Program-made: the position numbers and the translations under genes
Virus record (IMG/VR): IMGVR_UViG_3300032304_000763
Span: 7,548-71,547 of that record
Strand: one strand, 5' to 3'
Source of the DNA: a virus
DNA length: 64,000 bases
The notes under the pieces: generated by a model
Databases searched by the model: none
What the model was told of the DNA's origin: nothing
Seen by the model: only the letters and a program-made list of their open reading frames with translations
Shown: positions 58,043 through 64,000 of the stretch, one piece after another
How the letters are laid out: each line of letters starts with the position of its first letter
Position numbering within the stretch: the first letter of the stretch is position 1

Positions 58043-58545
58043 AAATATTAACATTAAAAAACACGGCATTTGATTTAAATGAATTGCCAGAAGAAGTAGA
58101 AGAAGACACAAGATTTTCAGTGTTAGATAATTCAAATACCAGCGATCCAGATTTTTATTTTGTGCCGTTGATATTTTTAGAATCATTTAACGCACCGGCA
58201 ATTGTAATGCGAATTGGCGGCCACGAAGTACAGATGCCATTAGACTGGAGCATGGTAGTAGGAGACAAAGAATGCGGATTAGATCCGGAGGTATTACCGT
58301 TAACTAGTATTAATGAACGAGGATTTGAAGCATTTAGTTTAAATCCTATTAGCGGGTTTAGGCCCGAATACTTGCCTGTTGAAATTGTAAATATCTATCA
58401 AGATGTTAAATGGTATTTTCCAAAGATGAAAAATAATCAATTGTTGACAGTGCCCATTCACGAAGGCGAAGGCCCGTTATGTGTGTTCTTTGTTAAAGAA
58501 ATTTCTAGACAAAGCGAAGTATTACAGTTGGATAAACTATTCTAA
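58039..58545 (+). CDS. Hypothetical beta-rich protein
   Basis: ATGA-coupled to uvsW. Confidence 0.6.
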   Translation: MKILTLKNTAFDLNELPEEVEEDTRFSVLDNSNTSDPDFYFVPLIFLESFNAPAIVMRIGGHEVQMPLDWSMVVGDKECGLDPEVLPLTSINERGFEAFSLNPISGFRPEYLPVEIVNIYQDVKWYFPKMKNNQLLTVPIHEGEGPLCVFFVKEISRQSEVLQLDKLF

Positions 58546-58565
58546 TTAAAGATTAAAGGAATATT

Positions 58566-58922
58566 ATGAAAGCGGGAAAGGTTTGGGGAGTTACTAGGTT
58601 ACTTGAAGCTAACGGTGTATTAGAATTTCATCGTATTGAAGCTGCTGCCGGCGGTGTGTGTTCAAAGCACAAACACAAATACAAGTGGAATGGATTCTTT
58701 GTTGAATCTGGAGAGATGATCATTCGTGTTTGGAAAAATAATTACAACTTAGTTGACGAAACTATACTAAAGGCTGGAGAGTATACTAAAGTTGCTCCTG
58801 GCGAATATCATCAATTTGAAGCTGTCACTGATTGTGTTGCCTTTGAGCTGTATTGGGCAGAATTTGATCACGATGATATTGAAAGAGAAACTATAGGACA
58901 TAAAAATCATGGGACAACTTAA
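58566..58922 (+). CDS. Cupin-fold protein
   Basis: KVWG...CSKHKH..KWNGFFVESG...PGEYHQFEA...ELYW. Confidence 0.7.
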   Translation: MKAGKVWGVTRLLEANGVLEFHRIEAAAGGVCSKHKHKYKWNGFFVESGEMIIRVWKNNYNLVDETILKAGEYTKVAPGEYHQFEAVTDCVAFELYWAEFDHDDIERETIGHKNHGTT

Positions 58923-59202
58923 ACCTGGCGCAACATACATATATGAGCGTGATAAAGAAACAGTCTACGCTCGAGAGTTTGGCGCAGACCCGATGACTCG
59001 TCAAGTAGTCGGTTGGAACTATGATAAAAACAATCCGAGCTTTGATCCGCGAACTAGTGACAGTAGACCGTTACATGATCATATAATGGAAGATCAACTT
59101 TGGGGAAATATTCGCAGAGCAGCAAAAACAAATTCTACTTTACAAGAAGCACTAGATCGTGTTAAAATACTGTATCACTTGAGCAAAGAAGATGGCAGAT
59201 AA
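58909..59202 (+). CDS. Hypothetical protein
   Basis: Overlap-coupled ORF in the replication operon. Confidence 0.55.
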   Translation: MGQLKPGATYIYERDKETVYAREFGADPMTRQVVGWNYDKNNPSFDPRTSDSRPLHDHIMEDQLWGNIRRAAKTNSTLQEALDRVKILYHLSKEDGR

Positions 59203-59665
59203 ATTAGAACTTAAAACAATATTGGCAGCAATTGACATGGGCTCTAAAGAGTCATGGGATGAGTTTTCAGACGAAGAAAAAAAATCAGTAGGTTTTTTCT
59301 TATTGAATAGATATGTAAGTAATGTTAAAACAAGCAATCAAGATCTAGCAGAGCATTATCTAATTCTTGTAAACGAATTTGTTAATAAAAACTTTTATCT
59401 AGCATCAAAGCATCCTAAATTGTTGTGGCAGTTAATGTGTGCTTGTGGTCATGAATCAAAGAAAATTCATTTCCACGAATGGTTGGCCTTAAAAAGAAAA
59501 GCAGAGACAGGTGGTAAGAAAAGTCAATTTTTACAAACAATATACCCTAATGCTAAACTTGACGAAATTGAGTTGTTGACTAAACTAACCGATACTAAAT
59601 CTCTTAAACAATTAGCTAAGGATCACGGATATACCGATAAACAGATCAATGACCTTAAATTATAA
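59192..59665 (+). CDS. Putative clamp-loader small subunit (T4 gp62-like)
   Basis: L..I...K.....E..K....F.LNRY.S...NE..N...W.....K pattern resembles short gp62 proteins. Confidence 0.45.
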   Translation: MADKLELKTILAAIDMGSKESWDEFSDEEKKSVGFFLLNRYVSNVKTSNQDLAEHYLILVNEFVNKNFYLASKHPKLLWQLMCACGHESKKIHFHEWLALKRKAETGGKKSQFLQTIYPNAKLDEIELLTKLTDTKSLKQLAKDHGYTDKQINDLKL

Positions 59666-60332
59666 GTGCGGATATTGTGAAAAGGAGTTTACCAAAGAAA
59701 AAACTTTGGCAGTCCACGTTTGCGAGAAAAAACGAAGACATCTCGGCCGAGGTGAAAAACATGTACAGGCTGCGTTAATTGCCTATCAAAAATTCTATCA
59801 AATAGCACAGAGAGCAACCAAAGCCAAGACATTTGAAGAGTTTGTTGATAGCCCGTATTACAATGCTTTTATAAAGTTTGGTAGTTTTCTGTCTAACGCC
59901 AATCCAATATATCCCGAGCAGTATATTGAGTGGGTTATAAAAAGTGGAGTAAAACTCGATCATTGGTGTAGGGACGAGTTGTATGATAAGTACGTGGTAG
60001 AGCTAATTAAAACTGAGCCGGCCGACGGAGCAATACAACGTACTATGAATACTATGTTAGAATGGGGTTCTCAAAATTCAGCTGAATGGGAGCACTATTT
60101 TTTATATGCGAATCTAAATAGAATTACGCAGCATGTTAGAGATGGTATGATTAGTCCGTGGATTCTGTTAAACTGTAATAGTGGTCGTAAGATGCTAACG
60201 AAGTTAAATAGCGAGCAGATCGAGATTATCTCGGGAATATTAGATCCAGATCATTGGACTAGAAGATTTAAAAATTGTCCAGCAGATGTTGAACTAGTGA
60301 AAGAAATTGTTAAAGAGGCTAAGATACCATAA
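59649..60332 (+). CDS. Hypothetical protein with an N-terminal Zn finger
   Basis: YKCGYCEKEF......AVHVC. Confidence 0.6.
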   Translation: MTLNYKCGYCEKEFTKEKTLAVHVCEKKRRHLGRGEKHVQAALIAYQKFYQIAQRATKAKTFEEFVDSPYYNAFIKFGSFLSNANPIYPEQYIEWVIKSGVKLDHWCRDELYDKYVVELIKTEPADGAIQRTMNTMLEWGSQNSAEWEHYFLYANLNRITQHVRDGMISPWILLNCNSGRKMLTKLNSEQIEIISGILDPDHWTRRFKNCPADVELVKEIVKEAKIP

Positions 60333-60544
60333 TGAAAAAAGAAGAAATCACAGAAGAGTTAGCCGAAAATGAAGAATATCTCTCTAGAGATGATATAGAC
60401 ATTGAAGTACAGATAGACGCTGAAACTAATAGAGTACTTGTATTATTTTCAGGATTTAACGACGATGAAGATACCCAAGAGTACGCAGAATTTTTAGCAG
60501 AAACATTGCCCTTATTATTGTTTGAAAGCACAAGGTTACAGTAA
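60332..60544 (+). CDS. Hypothetical acidic protein (70 aa)
   Basis: TAATG coupling on both sides. Confidence 0.5.
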   Translation: MKKEEITEELAENEEYLSRDDIDIEVQIDAETNRVLVLFSGFNDDEDTQEYAEFLAETLPLLLFESTRLQ

Positions 60545-61122
60545 TGCCAGATATTGATATTGACTTTGAAGACCGGACCAAAGCATTGGCAGTGATTAAA
60601 CATGCTAAAGCTAGTCGCACGGATAAAGGTCAATTGGTTCCTCATAACACAGGCGTGTACCTACATCGTGTTCCTGTAGATGCTACTTCTGGTATATGTT
60701 CGTTATCGCATGATCAAGCCGAGGAACGTGGGTATTTTAAAATAGATTTTTTAAATGTAAGTGTGTACAAAGATGTTAGAGATGAAGCACATCTCATTCA
60801 ACTTATGGAGACTGAACCATTATGGGACTTACTAGAACAAAACGATTTCACGGATTTACTATTCCACGTAAATGGGTATGGGAACTTATTGAGACAGATG
60901 AAGCCTCGTTCTGTCAGCGAGTTGGCAATGTTACTCGCTTTAATCCGCCCAGCAAAGAAACATCTGATTGGGAAGAGTTGGACAGAGATTTCTGGGGAGA
61001 TCTGGACGAAACCAGACAACGGTGATTATTACTTTAAGAAAAGTCACGCAATCGCTTATGCTACTGCCATAGTGGTACAAATGAATCTTATCTGCGAGAA
61101 GATAAGCTACGGGTACAGCTGA
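60544..61122 (+). CDS. Miniature DnaE (Pol III alpha)-like protein
   Basis: MPDIDIDF, HNTGV, FKIDFL, LALIRP and FKKSHAIAYA motifs in DnaE order within 192 aa. Confidence 0.75.
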   Translation: MPDIDIDFEDRTKALAVIKHAKASRTDKGQLVPHNTGVYLHRVPVDATSGICSLSHDQAEERGYFKIDFLNVSVYKDVRDEAHLIQLMETEPLWDLLEQNDFTDLLFHVNGYGNLLRQMKPRSVSELAMLLALIRPAKKHLIGKSWTEISGEIWTKPDNGDYYFKKSHAIAYATAIVVQMNLICEKISYGYS

Positions 61123-61497
61123 TTATTTAGAAGTCTTTCTAACCAGTGTAATAGATTTTCGTTTAACTCGCTTAGTCATAATATCATTAAGACTTGTAAC
61201 GGGACCAAATAATACTCGGACGTCTTTGGTACTAAAATTACGTATCACATATTTGAAATCATTCATTTCTTTAGCTAGGAATATGCTAATAGGAATCTGT
61301 CTATTTGATTCCCACCACCATACTTCTCCTAATTCTAAAAACTTAGTTTTTTCTTTTTCGGTACGTAATAAGCTATAATCATAAATGCTGGTGATAGCTG
61401 CGTCTTGGTTTATTATGATTCCCACGTATTCTAAGTCCACATAAGTGACTACGGATATAAACGGAAAGTTTTCTTGTAAGTGTTGGCTTATTCTCAT
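61123..61497 (-). CDS. Hypothetical protein
   Basis: FPFIS...YVGIIIN...WWWESNRQIPI; TAAGTA 7 nt upstream. Confidence 0.55.
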   Translation of the reverse strand: MRISQHLQENFPFISVVTYVDLEYVGIIINQDAAITSIYDYSLLRTEKEKTKFLELGEVWWWESNRQIPISIFLAKEMNDFKYVIRNFSTKDVRVLFGPVTSLNDIMTKRVKRKSITLVRKTSK

Positions 61498-61528
61498 CGA
61501 TAAATACTTAATTATAGGGCCACTGAAG

Positions 61529-61990
61529 ATGCAGCTCAATCCGTGTTATTTATATTCAAATAGACTGGACGTATATACTAATCTTGGCTCTTGGACTAAA
61601 GAGAGGGTTAGAAAAGTGTATCAACGAACAATGAAAATCTACAAAGGCGTGGATAATCGTCTTGACTTCCAGGTCCGCAATGGTGATAGCAAGCCCAAAG
61701 ATATTACCAGTATTGACAGCGTTACATTCAATGTTATCGCTGTAGATACCAAGGGCATACAACTACAAAAAACTGTTACTGTAGAGACCGCAGCAGAGGG
61801 TAAACTCTACCTAGTGTTGTCCGAATCAGATATCCAAGATTTAGAAAGAGGATACTACCATTTTAGTATGTTCTATACAGACAGCAACAACAACCGTTTT
61901 CCGTTATACGGTGATACCCAATATGATGCTATAGGACAATTACAGGTCATAGATGGTGCTTTTGACGTTGACAGCACGACACAAATATAG
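61529..61990 (+). CDS. Ig-like virion protein (BppU N-terminal-like)
   Basis: IYKGVDN.L.F...N.D.KP.DIT...G...L.LSESD...L..G.Y; TAAATA at 61501. Confidence 0.45.
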   Translation: MQLNPCYLYSNRLDVYTNLGSWTKERVRKVYQRTMKIYKGVDNRLDFQVRNGDSKPKDITSIDSVTFNVIAVDTKGIQLQKTVTVETAAEGKLYLVLSESDIQDLERGYYHFSMFYTDSNNNRFPLYGDTQYDAIGQLQVIDGAFDVDSTTQI

Positions 61991-61996
61991 TATACT
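61968..61996 (+). promoter_or_regulatory. sigma70 promoter for primase
   Basis: TTGACA-N17-TATACT; ATG follows 6 nt later. Confidence 0.75.
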
Positions 61997-62002
61997 AAGT
62001 CT

Positions 62003-63010
62003 ATGGCTCTAGTCGTAGACATCTTTCGCAAACACGTTCCTTTTAAGAAAAAGCAGACCCCTAGTGGTTGGATGAGCTTTGATGCTCCCTGTTGCCATCA
62101 ACGAGGTGAAAAACCCGACACACGTCAGCGTGGTGGTGTGAAGTTCTCAGACGGGTTTGTTTATAATTGTTTTAACTGCGGCTATACAGCTAGCTGGAAG
62201 CCTGGTCGTCCTATTAGTCAAAAACTTAGACAGCTGATGTCGTGGTTAGGTGCTCCGGACGACGATGTTAACTTAATGGTATTTGAAGCGTTAAAGACTG
62301 AAAGCGGCATTGAAGATACTAGTAAAGATCGTGAACTAATTGACTTTGCTAACAAAGATTTACCAGAAGGTTCTTTACCAATCTCTGAATGGATTACTCA
62401 AGATCTTGATCAAGATCTAGATCGACAATTGGCCGACGTTGTGAGTTATCTCGTTGATCGAGGCTATGATCCGTTAGATGATCGATTCCATTGGACTCCG
62501 ATCGATTTAAAAGATCGTGTGATCATACCGTTTACCTATGGTGGAAGAACTGTTGGTTGGACAGCTAGAAAAATCAAAGAAGGTAAACCAAAGTATCTAT
62601 CAGAACAGCATCCAAACTTTGTGTTTAATCTAGATTCGATTACACAAGATCAGCGATACGTATTTGTTGTTGAAGGACCATTTGATGCCCTGGCAGTCAA
62701 CGGTGTAGCATTACTACATAACGAAATATCTGATCATCAAGCTAGACTAATTAATAAGATGGGCAAGGAAGTTATTGTTATTCCTGACCAAGACAAAGCT
62801 GGTAGTAAATTAATTGAACACGCACTTAAATGGGATTGGTCTGTGGCATTTCCTAATTGGGAAGACGATGTCAAAGACAGTGCTGACGCTGTAAAGAAAT
62901 ATGGTAGTTTGTTCGTTACTGTTGATGCCATCATGACTGCTCAGCAAGGTGCGATACGGATAAATTTATATAAGAATAAATTTGATAAAAAGGTACAAGA
63001 AAATGTTTAA
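62003..63010 (+). CDS. gp61: DNA primase (T4 gp61-like; Zn finger plus TOPRIM)
   Basis: PCCH...YNCFNCG Zn-binding domain; RVIIPF...GWTAR, KY, VVEGPFDA, PDQDKAG, KD.AD. Confidence 0.85.
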   Translation: MALVVDIFRKHVPFKKKQTPSGWMSFDAPCCHQRGEKPDTRQRGGVKFSDGFVYNCFNCGYTASWKPGRPISQKLRQLMSWLGAPDDDVNLMVFEALKTESGIEDTSKDRELIDFANKDLPEGSLPISEWITQDLDQDLDRQLADVVSYLVDRGYDPLDDRFHWTPIDLKDRVIIPFTYGGRTVGWTARKIKEGKPKYLSEQHPNFVFNLDSITQDQRYVFVVEGPFDALAVNGVALLHNEISDHQARLINKMGKEVIVIPDQDKAGSKLIEHALKWDWSVAFPNWEDDVKDSADAVKKYGSLFVTVDAIMTAQQGAIRINLYKNKFDKKVQENV

Positions 63011-63095
63011 GCTATGGCGTAAATTTAGAGATTGGTTAAAGTATCGTAAAAGAATTAAAGAATTACGTAAACGAGATCCATTTATATACAAATGA
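63003..63095 (+). CDS. 30-aa basic micro-protein (MFKLWRKFRDWLKYRKRIKELRKRDPFIYK)
   Basis: Own translation; overlaps the primase stop and is ATGA-coupled to the next gene. Confidence 0.55.
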   Translation: MFKLWRKFRDWLKYRKRIKELRKRDPFIYK

Positions 63096-64000
63096 TTACC
63101 TGGGGAATAAATGCCCTAAATCATGATATCAGCATTGCGGTATTTGAGGGCAACGAACTAAAAAAATTCAACACTGTTAAGGGTGTTGACAGAGACTCTG
63201 ATATCATCCGCAGATCTCTTGATGCCAGCAGCGGTCGTGGCCCAAGTGTTATTGCTTGGTACGAACGTCCTTGGTTAAAGAAAACTAGACAACTGTATGC
63301 CGGACAATACAATGCGGCCTTTGATACGAGTGTGATTCCTAGCAGATGGTTGAAGTCTAGCAATCTTGGCTACGCTAAGGTAAAATACTTCCCTCATCAC
63401 AAAAGTCATGCTGCTGCAGGATTCTTTACAAGCCCGTTTAACAATGCCACTATTGTTGTGCTTGATGCTATGGGAGAATGGGAGTCAGCGAGTATTTGGT
63501 ACGGTGAAGGTACTAGTCTTAAAAAGTTATGGAGTAAAAGTTATCCAGATAGCCTAGGCATGTTTTATTCAGCATTTACACAATTAATAGGTTATAAACC
63601 CGTGTCCGAAGAATATCTATTACAGCGTGACAGTGAAAAAGGCGATCCAAAAAGATATCTAGAAACTGTTAGAGATTACTTTACAGGCACCCTTAGTTTG
63701 AAATATAATCTTCACTGCGGAATACTTGATTGGCCCTACTCAATTGACAGTGATCAAGATCGACGGGACATTGCTGCCGCAGTACAGCAGGTATTTGAAG
63801 AACAAGCAGACATGGTCATGCTGAAAGCACGTCAGCTATCTGCTAGTAGAAATCTAGTATACATGGGCGGTTGTGCTATGAACAGCCGATACAATCAGCA
63901 TCTTAACACACAGTGGGATCATGTTTGGTCTTTACCAAACACCGGTGATCCCAGCAGTGCTATTGGTGCTGCCCTATTATCCCTGAATACTAGAATAACA
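63092..64000 (+). CDS. Second carbamoyltransferase-family protein (Kae1-like N-terminal domain), 3'-partial
   Basis: Own translation, open to the window end: NHDISIAV, WYERPWLK, HHKSHAAAGF..SPF, VLDAMGE, SLGMFYS, DIAAAVQ, GGCAMN, GD.SSAIGAA. Confidence 0.8.
   Translation, partial: MITWGINALNHDISIAVFEGNELKKFNTVKGVDRDSDIIRRSLDASSGRGPSVIAWYERPWLKKTRQLYAGQYNAAFDTSVIPSRWLKSSNLGYAKVKYFPHHKSHAAAGFFTSPFNNATIVVLDAMGEWESASIWYGEGTSLKKLWSKSYPDSLGMFYSAFTQLIGYKPVSEEYLLQRDSEKGDPKRYLETVRDYFTGTLSLKYNLHCGILDWPYSIDSDQDRRDIAAAVQQVFEEQADMVMLKARQLSASRNLVYMGGCAMNSRYNQHLNTQWDHVWSLPNTGDPSSAIGAALLSLNTRIT

Noticed and set aside
1-64000. Stop-codon reassignment (alternative genetic code)
   Set aside because: The standard code gives dense, full-length ORFs (up to 2697 aa) and intact core genes; TAA, TGA and TAG all appear as gene ends.
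1-64000. CRISPR array, tRNA or rRNA genes
   Set aside because: Intergenic gaps are short and explained by promoters and terminators; no spaced direct-repeat array or cloverleaf was seen by eye.

Overview
This 64-kb window is part of a large, AT-rich T4-like (contractile-tailed) phage genome, probably infecting a Gram-negative host. In order it contains: (1) very large fibre/baseplate-type virion genes (1-24.5 kb), including three tandem Gly/Cys-rich paralogs followed by a chaperone-like gene, a GT9-like transferase and a carbamoyltransferase; (2) a sigma70-driven ADP-heptose biosynthesis operon; (3) neck, tail and packaging genes (gp15/14/13, sheath, tube, gp4, terminase); (4) gp32-uvsX-uvsY, a ~9-kb glycosyl/methyltransferase island, uvsW, a clamp-loader-like gene, a miniature DnaE-like protein, primase and a second, partial carbamoyltransferase. 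The most striking signal is a repeated helical domain in two giant virion proteins. Its core (KCxRDxGYxxDAxxxDLxYGGN) aligns by eye, without gaps, to the bilin-attachment site of phycobiliproteins (phycocyanin alpha Cys84), suggesting pigment-binding phage particles. Other notable signals are the Cys-rich adhesin cassette with possible heptosylation, apparently leaderless late mRNAs (TAAATA-N5-ATG), and a 192-aa C-family polymerase core. All calls are by-eye motif recognition; no searches were run. No tRNA, rRNA or CRISPR array was seen.
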